A stretch of 64,000 bases of DNA from an uncultured Verrucomicrobiae bacterium (GCA_963836755.1 CAWIKF010000002.1:608001-672000), one strand, 5' to 3'; positions 9,235-18,727 are shown, numbered from the stretch's first letter. Program-made: numbers and translations. The notes: generated from the letters alone by a model not told the origin.

Positions 9235-10203
9235 TTATGCGGCGCTTTCCGCAGCGATGACGGCGACTGGACTATCGACGCGTTGCGCCGTGGCATGGGT
9301 CTTCATCGATTCGACAGCTTGCGAACCGACGTTGGAGCAAAGTGCTCCGAATTTATAGCAGGTGGAGCAAGCCTGATGATCCAGGCGGAATCCAGTGAGT
9401 GAGTCTTGAAGCGTGATTCCCAATTGTGCTCGTGGTTGATCGACGAGGACCGGGCAAACGTGGACTCCGCGATCGCTCACGATGCGGCTGTTGTGGCAAA
9501 GAAGTTGTTTCACATCATAACCGACCATCATTTCCTCGGTCACCCAATCGAACTTCTCATAGCCGCGATCGCGCGAAGCTTCTTCGCCGATCTTCAATGA
9601 TGGTAAAAGCTTCATGCGCGGACGGTCATAACCGATGGCGCGAAGGTGCCTTTTAAACTCCATGAGAAACTCCTCGTCATTTTCGATAGGCCAGGAACGC
9701 ATCGAGGTGATAATCGGCAAAAAGCCGTGGGCTGCGAGGAGCTTTACTCCAGCCATTGCAGCGTCAAAGGTTCCTTCACCACGGATGGGATCGTTTGTGG
9801 CTGGGGAGAATCCATCGATGCTGACACGAATCTCCAAGGAATACTTTGACTCGCCGCGAATCTGAGCGAGCCGCGCGACTTTTTCCTGCGAAAGCCTCGT
9901 CGCGTTAGTAAGAACAGTCGCCGGACCCGCCCCGAGCGTAGCTTTCAGGATCTGCATGATGTCTGGATTGATGAATGGCTCTCCGCCCGTGAAGTAGTAT
10001 TCCTTTACTCCCAGCTTTACCGACTCATCGAGATACTCCTTGAACTGCGCGAACTTCATCGGCCCGAAGGTATGGTTGTCGGGAGCGCATGAGATAAAGC
10101 AATGATGACAGCGAAGGTTGCAAAGTGTGCCGGAAATTTGAAACCATACCGCGTCCAGCGAGGTCAGCGGGAGGTAGGGGAAGCGAAGAGGCTGCTTATC
10201 CAC
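9235..10203 (-). CDS. Radical SAM enzyme, ArsS-related but non-canonical clade
   Basis: CNLRCHHC (CxxxCxxC), FTGGEPF, LTNAT, RVSIDG; extra C-terminal Cys in LLCHNSR, VCP and ACSTCYKFGALC. Confidence 0.85.
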   Translation of the reverse strand: MDKQPLRFPYLPLTSLDAVWFQISGTLCNLRCHHCFISCAPDNHTFGPMKFAQFKEYLDESVKLGVKEYYFTGGEPFINPDIMQILKATLGAGPATVLTNATRLSQEKVARLAQIRGESKYSLEIRVSIDGFSPATNDPIRGEGTFDAAMAGVKLLAAHGFLPIITSMRSWPIENDEEFLMEFKRHLRAIGYDRPRMKLLPSLKIGEEASRDRGYEKFDWVTEEMMVGYDVKQLLCHNSRIVSDRGVHVCPVLVDQPRAQLGITLQDSLTGFRLDHQACSTCYKFGALCSNVGSQAVESMKTHATAQRVDSPVAVIAAESAA

Positions 10204-10310
10204 GCGGCGTCAAAGTCTCGTTCTGAGGATTTCCGCCGTTTGGCCAGAAATCGGATTTGCAAAAGCGTGCGAGCGCCTTCGCCAGATTTCGTTTTTGGGT
10301 AGATGCATGT

Positions 10311-11105
10311 TCATGAAGTCAGCTCATCGGCGCGTTGAATGGAAACTGCTGCCTCGCTTGGCGGCGGCACGATGTTTTCGCGCAAGTTCCCGGCGTAATA
10401 GCTGCGATGCAAGCGTCCGGGCGGAAGCCCGCAATGAAACAGCGCGAGGAAAAAAGCGTTTTGCAGCGTCACTTTCCACGCACCCTGATCCATGTGCCGG
10501 CGCGGCGAGGTCTTCATCGGCGGATCCAACATCACGATCGCTCCGCTCCGCCGGAGTCGCCGTGAAAATTCCACATCCTCCATCAGCGGGATCGACGCGA
10601 AACCGCCGAGCCGGGAAAACATTTCGCGCCGCACAAAAATGCTCTGATCGCCATACAACGTCCCAAAAAGACGGCAGTGCAGCCGCTCCCATTTTTCGAG
10701 CCAGAGCAGGTGAGGATGCCGTTCGTCGAACTTCCGATAAAACGCGCCGCCGACGAAATCGCGCCGGCTCATCGCTCGCGCCAGCGCGGAGGTTTGTGCG
10801 CGCGTGAGGAGCGAGTCCGCATGATGAAAAAGCAGAACGTCGCCGGTGGCCAGGCTCGCGCCGAGATTCATCTGCGGGCCTCGAGCCGGTTTCGCGACAG
10901 TGCAGAATCGAACATTCTCAATCTCCGCGAGATCCTCGAATGTCTCGTCTTCGTTGACGCCGACGAGGATCGTTTCAAGCACGCCAGGAAAAGTTGCCCA
11001 TTCCTTTGCCAGCTCCGCAACCGCTTTGCTTTCTTTCCAGCACGGCACGATCAGGCTAATGGTCGCCAAAGATTCGCGCGGGCGGCTGACTTGATCGTTC
11101 TCCAT
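10311..11105 (-). CDS. Second TIGR04283-like GT2 glycosyltransferase
   Basis: RGPQMNLGA, LFHHADS, YGDQSIFV, GGFASIPLMEDVEF, TSPRR. Confidence 0.85.
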   Translation of the reverse strand: MENDQVSRPRESLATISLIVPCWKESKAVAELAKEWATFPGVLETILVGVNEDETFEDLAEIENVRFCTVAKPARGPQMNLGASLATGDVLLFHHADSLLTRAQTSALARAMSRRDFVGGAFYRKFDERHPHLLWLEKWERLHCRLFGTLYGDQSIFVRREMFSRLGGFASIPLMEDVEFSRRLRRSGAIVMLDPPMKTSPRRHMDQGAWKVTLQNAFFLALFHCGLPPGRLHRSYYAGNLRENIVPPPSEAAVSIQRADELTS

Positions 11106-11117
11106 TAAACTTTGATT

Positions 11118-11951
11118 TCAAAAACGGCCGCGCGCTCGCTCCTTTGCCGGCAGCACTTCGAGACAAGTAGTCCACCATCCCGTCTCAATAGTCTCGACGA
11201 ATTCCTCCGGCAAACGCTCCTGCCGCATCTCGGCCGCGAGACTTTGATGGTCGTATCGCAGCGGCACGAAGTCGACCGCGAGCGAGTCGCCGGCAATGTT
11301 TAAAATCGCATACCAGACGTTTGTGCCGCCGTCATTTGCGGGCCGGCCAATCGCGCCGCAGTTGACTACATGTTTCCCGTCCGCGACTTCGCGGTGCCAG
11401 TGCAAACCGGTGTGTGTGACGACGATGATATCGGCATGAAATTCGTCGCAAAGCCGCGCCAGGAAAGCATCCGCAGCCGATGTCTCCCAAAGAAATTCGT
11501 TCGTTTGCCGGGGCGATCCATGGCAAAGCAGAATGTCAAAGCTGCCGACGTGCAGCCGTATTTCTGCCGGCAAAGCTTTGAGCCAATCCTTATTTTCCAC
11601 TGACGTGTTTTTGAAGGTGTAATCGTAGGAAAGTTTCGCGAAATAGTTGTCCAGCGCGTCGGTGTAGCCGCAATGGCAATCGACAAGTCCGTTACCGACG
11701 GAATGGTCGTAATTTCCCTGCACCACCGGAATCGCGCTCTCCCAAAGCAACGGAAACACCAAGTCCGGGTGCGGTCCAAACGCGCCCAGGTCGCCGAGGC
11801 AATACGCTTTGTGAATCCCGCGCTTTTTTAAATCGTCGATCACCGCTCGCAGCGCGAGATGATTGCTATAAACGCCGCCAAAAACCGCGATCTGTTCCGT
11901 CGACGGAGCGCCGCTCATTCTCAGATTTTCGCGAGCTCCAGCGGTTGCCAT
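11118..11951 (-). CDS. Calcineurin-like metallophosphoesterase
   Basis: GGVYSN, CLGDL, QGNYD, CHGSP, THTG, NCGAIGRP; extra Cys motifs DCHCGY and WWTTCLE. Confidence 0.85.
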   Translation of the reverse strand: MATAGARENLRMSGAPSTEQIAVFGGVYSNHLALRAVIDDLKKRGIHKAYCLGDLGAFGPHPDLVFPLLWESAIPVVQGNYDHSVGNGLVDCHCGYTDALDNYFAKLSYDYTFKNTSVENKDWLKALPAEIRLHVGSFDILLCHGSPRQTNEFLWETSAADAFLARLCDEFHADIIVVTHTGLHWHREVADGKHVVNCGAIGRPANDGGTNVWYAILNIAGDSLAVDFVPLRYDHQSLAAEMRQERLPEEFVETIETGWWTTCLEVLPAKERARGRF

Positions 11952-12069
11952 GCAATGACCATTAGCAAAGATACGAAACTTTGTCCGGCGTGGGATGCAG
12001 GCGCGATTATTTTGATGTGTCGATTACTTGCAAGCTTCGCGCAGCCGTGATCGGCTGAGGGACTTTTCG

Positions 12070-13212
12070 ATGAAAAAAAGAATCGCGATCATTGGCGCAG
12101 GCCCGATCGGTATCGAGGCGGCGCTCGCGGCCACCTCGACAGGATTCGACGTGGAAGTTTTCGAGCGCGGCGAGCTCGCCGATTCCGTGCGAAAATGGGG
12201 ACACGTCCGGATGTTCTCGCCATTCGGGATGAATTCTTCGCCCGAAGGACGCGCGCGGCTGGAACGATGCGGCTTCGCACTACCGCAAAATGAAGCGCTG
12301 CTGAGCGGCGCGGAATTCGTGCAGAGCTATCTGACGCCGCTCGCAGAATTGCTTGCGGCGTCCATTCATCTTCACACTGAAGTCCTCGCCATCGGCAGAA
12401 AAGGAATACGCAAAACGGAAATGATCGGCGATCCCGCGCGTGCGCAGCGGCCTTTCCGGCTCATGTTCCGCGAAAAAGATGCAGAGCATTTTTCCGAGCA
12501 TGATTTTGTTTTTGATTGCAGCGGCACATTTCTGAATCCGAACCCGCTCGGCGACGCTGGTCTCCCTGCATTGGGCGAAATGGCGATGCGTGATTCCATT
12601 TCATACGGGATTCCTGATGTTCGCTATTTTTCCGGCCGACGGATTTTGGTGGTTGGCGGCGGACATTCCGCGGCGACGCTGGTTCGCGGTCTTTCCGAGG
12701 TCGGCGCGGCGATGACGTGGTCGATCCGCAAGTCACTTGCAGTTCCATGCTCGCGCATTCCCGACGATCCTCTCACGGCGCGCGATGAACTTTCACGCGA
12801 AGCGAATGCGATCGCGGAGAAGATCGATTTTCGCCCCGGCACAACGGTTCAGGCCGTTCGAAAAAATGGATCAGGTGTGTCGGTCCTTTTGGAGCGCGAC
12901 GGCGCCGAGGAAAATCTGCACGTCGATCACATCCTCGCCGCGACCGGATTTCGACCGGATCCAAATCTCGCGCGCGAGCTACAAGTGCAGACCTGCTGGG
13001 CCACGGAAGGCGCTTACCATCTCGCTGCGCAGCTCCTCGGCGAAGAAGCCGGTGACTGCCTCGCGGCACCGATGAGCGGAGTGGAGACGCTGTTTCATCC
13101 CGAGCCGGGCTACTTCATTCTCGGCATGAAAAGTTACGGACGCAGTCCCGATTTTTTGATTCGCACCGGTCATCAGCAAATTGCCGCGGTGCTCGCTCAC
13201 TTGGAAAAATAG
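12070..13212 (+). CDS. FAD/NAD(P)-dependent oxidoreductase (flavoprotein monooxygenase-like)
   Basis: IIGAGPIG, WGHVRMFSP, VVGGGHSA, ATGFRPD, LGMKSYGR; resembles flavoproteins found in ars neighbourhoods. Confidence 0.8.
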   Translation: MKKRIAIIGAGPIGIEAALAATSTGFDVEVFERGELADSVRKWGHVRMFSPFGMNSSPEGRARLERCGFALPQNEALLSGAEFVQSYLTPLAELLAASIHLHTEVLAIGRKGIRKTEMIGDPARAQRPFRLMFREKDAEHFSEHDFVFDCSGTFLNPNPLGDAGLPALGEMAMRDSISYGIPDVRYFSGRRILVVGGGHSAATLVRGLSEVGAAMTWSIRKSLAVPCSRIPDDPLTARDELSREANAIAEKIDFRPGTTVQAVRKNGSGVSVLLERDGAEENLHVDHILAATGFRPDPNLARELQVQTCWATEGAYHLAAQLLGEEAGDCLAAPMSGVETLFHPEPGYFILGMKSYGRSPDFLIRTGHQQIAAVLAHLEK

Positions 13213-13265
13213 CAACGGCAGATTTTCTGTCGCAGCTTGATGGACCGCGATTTAAGGTTCAGCCG

Positions 13266-14645
13266 ATGTCACTGCTCATCAAAAACGGCGAGATCGTCAC
13301 GGCCGACGAGCGCTTTGTGGCGGATATTTTTTGCGAGGACGAAACGATCACGCGCATCGGTCGCAACCTCGAGACGCCGCCTGGCTGCGAAGTGATCGAT
13401 GCCGCGGGAATGTATGTCTTCCCCGGATTCATCGATCCGCACGTGCACATTTATTTGCCGTTTATGGGGACGTTTGCAAAGGACACGCATGAGACTGCAA
13501 GCCGCGCGGCGCTCATCGGCGGGACGACGACTTTCATTGAAATGATATGCCCCGCGCGCGGCGATCGGGCGCTGGAGGCATTCGAGCTTTGGCTCGGAAA
13601 GGCGCAGGGAACGAGCGCGTGCGACTTCACGTTTCACATGGGCGTCACGCGTTACGACGAGGAAACGGAGCGCGATCTCGAAGAAATCGTCCGGCGCGGA
13701 GTGGCGAGTTTCAAAGTTTTTCTCGCTTACAGAGGCGCCTTCGGAGTGACCGATGAGGAGCTATACAAAACGTTAACGCTCGCTCGCAAACTCGGCGTCA
13801 TCACCACCGCGCATTGCGAGAATGCGGACCTCGTTCTGGAGCTGCAGAAAAAACTCCTCGCCGAGGGAAAGACCGGTCCGGAATGGCACTACTGGAGCCG
13901 TCCGCCGGCAGTTGAGGCGGAAGGCGTGCATCATTTGACCACGTTTGCCGGCATCACTGGCGCGCACGTTTACATCGTTCATCTGAGCTGCGCGGAAGCA
14001 TTGCGCAACGCGATGCGAGCGTCGGAGCGCGGTGTCAATGTTTGGGTGGAAACTTTGATCCAATATCTGCTGCTCGATCGGACCGCGGCAGAGGCGAACT
14101 TCGACGGCGCGAAAAATGTGATGTCACCTCCGCTGCGCGATAAATCAAATCAGGCAGTGCTCTGGAACGCGCTTGCAAAAGGATTTGCGAGCACGCTGGC
14201 CACCGATCACGCGCCATTCGACTTTGCGACGCAGAAGCAAATGGGGCACGACGATTTCACAAAAATTCCGAATGGGATTCCTTCGCTGGAAGACCGTGTG
14301 AATTTGTATTTCACGCATGGCGTCAAAACTGGCCGCATCGATCTGCATCGTTTCGTGGAAACGGCGAGCACGAACGCGGCAAAGATTTTTGGCTTATTCC
14401 CGCGGAAAGGGACGATCCAACTTGGCAGCGATGCCGACCTCGTGGTTTACGATCCTGATTATCGCGGCACGATCTCCGCGAAAACGCATCACATGAACCT
14501 CGATTACAACTCGTTCGAGGGGATGGAAATATCCGGGCGGCCGCACGTGGTAACGGTTCGCGGCAAAGTCGCGGCGCGCGATGGAGAATTCGTCGGAGAC
14601 GCGAAACGCGGGCAGTTTTTAATGCGCCTGCCCACGCATTTTTAA
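13266..14645 (+). CDS. hydA: Dihydropyrimidinase
   Basis: PGFIDPHVH, SFKVFLAY, HCEN, SRPPAVEAE, MSPPLR, ATDHAPF, KIPNG. Confidence 0.92.
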   Translation: MSLLIKNGEIVTADERFVADIFCEDETITRIGRNLETPPGCEVIDAAGMYVFPGFIDPHVHIYLPFMGTFAKDTHETASRAALIGGTTTFIEMICPARGDRALEAFELWLGKAQGTSACDFTFHMGVTRYDEETERDLEEIVRRGVASFKVFLAYRGAFGVTDEELYKTLTLARKLGVITTAHCENADLVLELQKKLLAEGKTGPEWHYWSRPPAVEAEGVHHLTTFAGITGAHVYIVHLSCAEALRNAMRASERGVNVWVETLIQYLLLDRTAAEANFDGAKNVMSPPLRDKSNQAVLWNALAKGFASTLATDHAPFDFATQKQMGHDDFTKIPNGIPSLEDRVNLYFTHGVKTGRIDLHRFVETASTNAAKIFGLFPRKGTIQLGSDADLVVYDPDYRGTISAKTHHMNLDYNSFEGMEISGRPHVVTVRGKVAARDGEFVGDAKRGQFLMRLPTHF

Positions 14646-14677
14646 ACAAATGTGAGCGCGGGTTTGCGCTACTTTTT

Positions 14678-15169
14678 TTAGTCGTGTTTGCGGAGCGGAA
14701 CTGGTTTGTGCGGCAGGAACTTTTTCCCGATCAACCAGTCGAGCGAAAATATGCCCGGGCCGAAAACGAAAATCAGAACCGACGCCAACAGAAACAAAAA
14801 AGCGGCGTCGGAGACGAACGCATCGGGATCGTGAAAGATATTGAGCACCGTCTGTCGGCTCGCGGTGAGGTAGGCGACGCAAAAGTTGATGATCAGCGGG
14901 ATCGTGATCAAGCGCGATGCGAGACCCACCAGCAGCAAGAGCCCGCAAACGCATTCCGTGAGTCCGGATATATAAACATTCAGCACCGGAAACGGCACTC
15001 CCCATTCAGTGAAGCGCTGCGCCATCGCCGGCACGTCGGAAAGATGCGCATGGCCGGAGACGAACATCTGCCAGCCCCAATAAAGACGGATCAAAAGAAG
15101 AAGCGGCGATTGCAACTTGCTTGCAAGTGCAATCAACCAGCCATAAGCCGAAGCGAGCATTGGGATCAT
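14678..15169 (-). CDS. DoxX family membrane protein (bufferin BufD-like)
   Basis: LLIRLYWG...GLLLLVGLASR...GPGIFSLD; ATG overlaps the DUF2063 stop. Confidence 0.88.
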   Translation of the reverse strand: MIPMLASAYGWLIALASKLQSPLLLLIRLYWGWQMFVSGHAHLSDVPAMAQRFTEWGVPFPVLNVYISGLTECVCGLLLLVGLASRLITIPLIINFCVAYLTASRQTVLNIFHDPDAFVSDAAFLFLLASVLIFVFGPGIFSLDWLIGKKFLPHKPVPLRKHD

Positions 15170-16131
15170 TTTTGAAAGCGGCAAAACCAGCCGAGTGAAG
15201 TCCAGTTATCGAACCAATCTTTGATCTGCACCGTCCAGTCGACATCGACACGGGTGGATGCGGAAAGCGCATCAACACAGGCTTCCTCGACCGTTGCGCC
15301 GGCGCGAAGTGCGTTGAGAATTGCGAACGCTTCCGCGTCAAGGCGCTTGTAGTAAAGCATGTTGTCGTGACGGTGGACGGAGAGGTAAATGCACTCGCGC
15401 CGCGGGAGTCGGATGCGTTTTTTGCGCGAGAGATCGCGCGGCATTGCATCGACCACGTTGCTCGCCTCGCTTCGAAGAACGTCTATGTCGCGTTTTTTCA
15501 CCGCGAGCAAAAATTCGTCCACGGCAAAATTTACTTCCAAGAGTGAAAGGTAAGGCTGCAAGCCGAGCCGCAGCTTGTCCGGCGTCGTATCGAGCACATC
15601 GTCTGGCGTGATTGCGCGGCGTGCTTCGCCATCGAAAGCGACGACCTGTGCCCATTCGAAGCGCGCCATGTCGAGCGCGAGTTCTTCGCGCGGCGCGGTC
15701 CAGTGCGGTTCCTCGCGCAGGAATTGCTCGAGCCGGCTGCCGAGATTGCGCAGCGTGAAAGAGGCCGATTGATATTTCGCGAGATAAGCCGTCGCCAGCT
15801 TCATGAATCGGCGCTCGCCGAGCACCGCGCGGAGTCCGGGATAATCTTCGTAGAGACAATCAAGGATGCGAAACCAATAGCAGCGATTGTAAATTTCGAG
15901 CCGATCGAATGACGTGAGCCGGTCGTTCGGCTTGATGAATTGCGCCGCAAAATCGCGCATGTCGCTGCCGTCCGTCCAGCGCGGCTGCATGCGATCCTCG
16001 GCGGTAAGCGGGCGGAAAAGTGCGCCGGCCATCTGCTGCTGCAGATCCTTCAACCGCGCGCGCGAATGCGCATCAGGCAGCGGGCGAAGTGGCGAGCTGA
16101 TCGACGAACTTGTTGGCTTTGAGCGCTTCAT
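15166..16131 (-). CDS. DUF2063 putative RRE-containing partner of the MNIO
   Basis: RLEIYNRCYWFRILDCLYEDYP...LGERRF...DMARFEWA; directly downstream of DUF692. Start codon uncertain. Confidence 0.85.
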   Translation of the reverse strand: MKRSKPTSSSISSPLRPLPDAHSRARLKDLQQQMAGALFRPLTAEDRMQPRWTDGSDMRDFAAQFIKPNDRLTSFDRLEIYNRCYWFRILDCLYEDYPGLRAVLGERRFMKLATAYLAKYQSASFTLRNLGSRLEQFLREEPHWTAPREELALDMARFEWAQVVAFDGEARRAITPDDVLDTTPDKLRLGLQPYLSLLEVNFAVDEFLLAVKKRDIDVLRSEASNVVDAMPRDLSRKKRIRLPRRECIYLSVHRHDNMLYYKRLDAEAFAILNALRAGATVEEACVDALSASTRVDVDWTVQIKDWFDNWTSLGWFCRFQK

Positions 16132-16924
16132 TATGGACTTCGTCAAACGACGGGATGCGGTCATCCCATTCGAGCAGAGTGGCGGTGCGTCCGACGAGCT
16201 TGATCGCGTGCTGATACATTTTCCAGACGGGATCGAGCACCGGATGATCGTGCGTATCGAGGATGAATTTTTCGAATTTTGAATGCCCCGCAATGTGAAT
16301 CTGCCCGACGCGATGGTGCGGGACATTGTTTAAATAATCGTAAGGATCAAAATTGTGGTTCTGCGACGAGACATAGATGTTGTTCACATCGAGCAAAATT
16401 CCGCAGTCCGCGCGCTCGGCGACCTCGCTCAGAAATTCCCACTCGGTCATTTCCGATGCGTGAAATTCTGCGTAGCTGCTGACGTTTTCCACGCAAATCG
16501 GGACCTCGAGAAAATCGCGCGCTTCGCGGATGTTGTCCGCCGTCGCCTGCGCCGCGCCGAACGTGTAAGGCATCGGCAGCAGGTCGTGCGTGTAGCGTCC
16601 ATCGACGCTGCCCCAGCAAAGATGATCGCTGAGCCACGGCGTGTTTGTGCGCTTCACGAGTCGTTTTAATTTTTTTAAATGCTCGCGGTTCAGCCGATCC
16701 GCGGAGCCAAAATACATCGCGACGCCGTGCTGCACCACGCGGTATTGCTCGAGGATTTGGTCGAGCACTTCGAGCGGCCGTCCGCCATCGACCATGAAGT
16801 TTTCCGAGATGATTTCGAACCAATCGACGACCGGTTTTTCCGCCAGGATGTGCCGGTAATGCGGCACGCGCAGGCCGATGCCGATGCCGTATTCGGTAAA
16901 ATTATTGAAAGGATTTGCCGGCAT
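16073..16924 (-). CDS. DUF692 / multinuclear non-heme iron oxidase (MNIO)
   Basis: GIGLRVPHY, EIISENFM, HGV, SDHLCW, DLLP, ENVSSY, LLDVNNIYV, IHIAGH, DTH, LLEWD. Confidence 0.95.
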   Translation of the reverse strand: MPANPFNNFTEYGIGIGLRVPHYRHILAEKPVVDWFEIISENFMVDGGRPLEVLDQILEQYRVVQHGVAMYFGSADRLNREHLKKLKRLVKRTNTPWLSDHLCWGSVDGRYTHDLLPMPYTFGAAQATADNIREARDFLEVPICVENVSSYAEFHASEMTEWEFLSEVAERADCGILLDVNNIYVSSQNHNFDPYDYLNNVPHHRVGQIHIAGHSKFEKFILDTHDHPVLDPVWKMYQHAIKLVGRTATLLEWDDRIPSFDEVHNEALKANKFVDQLATSPAA

Positions 16925-16936
16925 TTTCTTTTGAAA

Positions 16937-17008
16937 GCGAGGGTCGGAGGATTAAACTCCGGCCCTCGCCAACAATGCTTCGGCCGCTCGCCGCTGGGCA
17001 AGCGGCCG
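16937..17008 (-). terminator. Two GC-rich hairpins between the precursor and MNIO genes
   Basis: GCGAGGGTCGGAG/CTCCGGCCCTCGC and CGGCCGCTCGCC/GGCAAGCGGCCG inverted repeats. Confidence 0.55.
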
Positions 17009-17019
17009 CAATGCTTTTG

Positions 17020-17295
17020 CTAGTGGTTTTTGCTGCCGTCGGTGGCGCAGCCGCCTTTTCCTTTGCAGGAATTTTTCCCTTTGCAGCCGTTGTCTCCGGA
17101 CTTGCAACCGCCCTGGCCTTTGCAGGCGTTCGCGCCTTTGCACGAATGTTTGTCGCTGCTGTCGGCCATCGTCTGGAGCGATGTGCCGGCTTTGACGATG
17201 GGACTGGATGTGGTGGATGCCTGCGCGCTCGTGGCGGCCGCTCCGCTCATCAAACCGGCGATTGCTGCGCCGGCGATTAGTGCTTTTGATTTCAT
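17020..17295 (-). CDS. Secreted Cys-rich RiPP precursor (bufferin BufA2-like)
   Basis: Signal peptide MKSKALIAGAAIAGLMSGAAATSAQA followed by the core HSCKGANACKGQGGCKSGDNGCKGKNSCKGKGGCATD (6 Cys). Confidence 0.88.
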   Translation of the reverse strand: MKSKALIAGAAIAGLMSGAAATSAQASTTSSPIVKAGTSLQTMADSSDKHSCKGANACKGQGGCKSGDNGCKGKNSCKGKGGCATDGSKNH

Positions 17296-17632
17296 GTTTT
17301 TGCTTCTTTCTTTTTGTTTCTGCTTTGTCGCTCCGATGCCGCTCCGACACACATCGAAGACAGATTGGAACGAATGTTTCCTATGCCGTTAAAGGCCGTT
17401 GGTCACTTCCATTATGCGCGAAGTGGTTGAATCCAGATGCGTATTTTCGCGGCTCCGCGGTTGTGCGATGGACGGGCGCCAGCGCGATGTTTGGGGAATG
17501 GCGTAAAAGTTTTCGCGCGAACGGCGTCAGCGAGCTCTGGCATCAAGGTTCTCGCGCTCGAACAAAATTCTCTGCGGCCGAGAACCTTGATTTTAGCTTG
17601 GCCGCAGGGCGCGGCCACTGTTTCATCGCGCG

Positions 17633-18721
17633 ATGTCGAGCCAATTCGGGCAGCTTTTTCGCATTGCCACCTGGGGTGAATCGCATGGCGGCGGTGTCGG
17701 CGTCGTGATCGATGGCTGCCCGCCGCAGATCGAGATTTCGCAGGAGGACATTCAGCGTGATCTCGACCGTCGCAGGCCCGGGCAAAGCGAAATCGTGACG
17801 CCGCGCGCGGAGGAAGATCGGTGTGAAATTTTGTCCGGCGTTTTTGAGGGACGCACGCTCGGGACGCCGATCGCGATGCTCGTGCGCAACAAAGATGCGC
17901 GGCCGGAGGCTTACACGGAGATGCAGACGATGTATCGGCCGTCGCACGCGGACTTCACCTATGACGCAAAATTCGGCATCCGCGATTGGCGTGGCGGCGG
18001 ACGCGCATCGGCGCGGGAAACGATCGGGCGCGTGGCGGCGGCAGCGGTGGCGAAGCAAGTGCTCAAGACGCTCGCGCCGAAGCTGGAAATCGTCGCGTTT
18101 GTAAAATCGATCCATGAGTTGACGGCCGAGGTGGACGTCGAGCGTGTCACTTTCGAGCAGGTGGAGAGCAACATCGTCCGCTGCCCGGACGAAAACATCG
18201 TCGGCCGGATGATTGACTTGATTAAAACGATGCGCAGCAGCGGCGATTCGGTGGGTGGCGTGATCGAGTGCGTGGTGCGTGGCGCACCGCCTGCTTTAGG
18301 AGAACCTGTGTTTGACAAACTCGAAGCTGATTTAGCGAAAGCGATGATGAGCCTGCCGGCGACGAAGGGCTTTGAAATCGGCAGCGGCTTTGCCGGGACG
18401 CGGCTGACCGGCTCGCAGCATAACGACCCGTTTGTCATGCGCGAAGGCGCGGTGCACACGGCGGCGAACCGCTCCGGCGGCGTGCAGGGCGGCATCAGCA
18501 ACGGCGAGCCGATTTTTTTCCGCATCGCATTTAAACCGACCGCGACGATCGCGCACAAGCAGCAGACCGTGACGACGGCGGGCGATGAAGTGGAACTTTC
18601 CGCGCGCGGGCGTCACGACCCGTGCGTGCTGCCGCGCGCCGTGCCGATGGTCGAGGCGATGGCTGCGCTGGTTTTGTGCGACCACGCGTTGCGCCAGCGC
18701 GCGCTATGTGGAAAAGTATGA
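17633..18721 (+). CDS. aroC: Chorismate synthase
   Basis: [38 protein letters not shown]. Confidence 0.97.
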   Translation: MSSQFGQLFRIATWGESHGGGVGVVIDGCPPQIEISQEDIQRDLDRRRPGQSEIVTPRAEEDRCEILSGVFEGRTLGTPIAMLVRNKDARPEAYTEMQTMYRPSHADFTYDAKFGIRDWRGGGRASARETIGRVAAAAVAKQVLKTLAPKLEIVAFVKSIHELTAEVDVERVTFEQVESNIVRCPDENIVGRMIDLIKTMRSSGDSVGGVIECVVRGAPPALGEPVFDKLEADLAKAMMSLPATKGFEIGSGFAGTRLTGSQHNDPFVMREGAVHTAANRSGGVQGGISNGEPIFFRIAFKPTATIAHKQQTVTTAGDEVELSARGRHDPCVLPRAVPMVEAMAALVLCDHALRQRALCGKV

Positions 18722-18727
18722 GTCGGC

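Noticed and set aside
2684..13212. Selenocysteine recoding in the rSAM/selenodomain-associated genes
   Set aside because: No in-frame TGA at Cys positions was found; the DUF547 break is a frameshift, not a TGA.
13266..14645. hydA as part of the arsenic cluster
   Set aside because: An ordinary dihydropyrimidinase with no mechanistic link visible; adjacency alone is insufficient.
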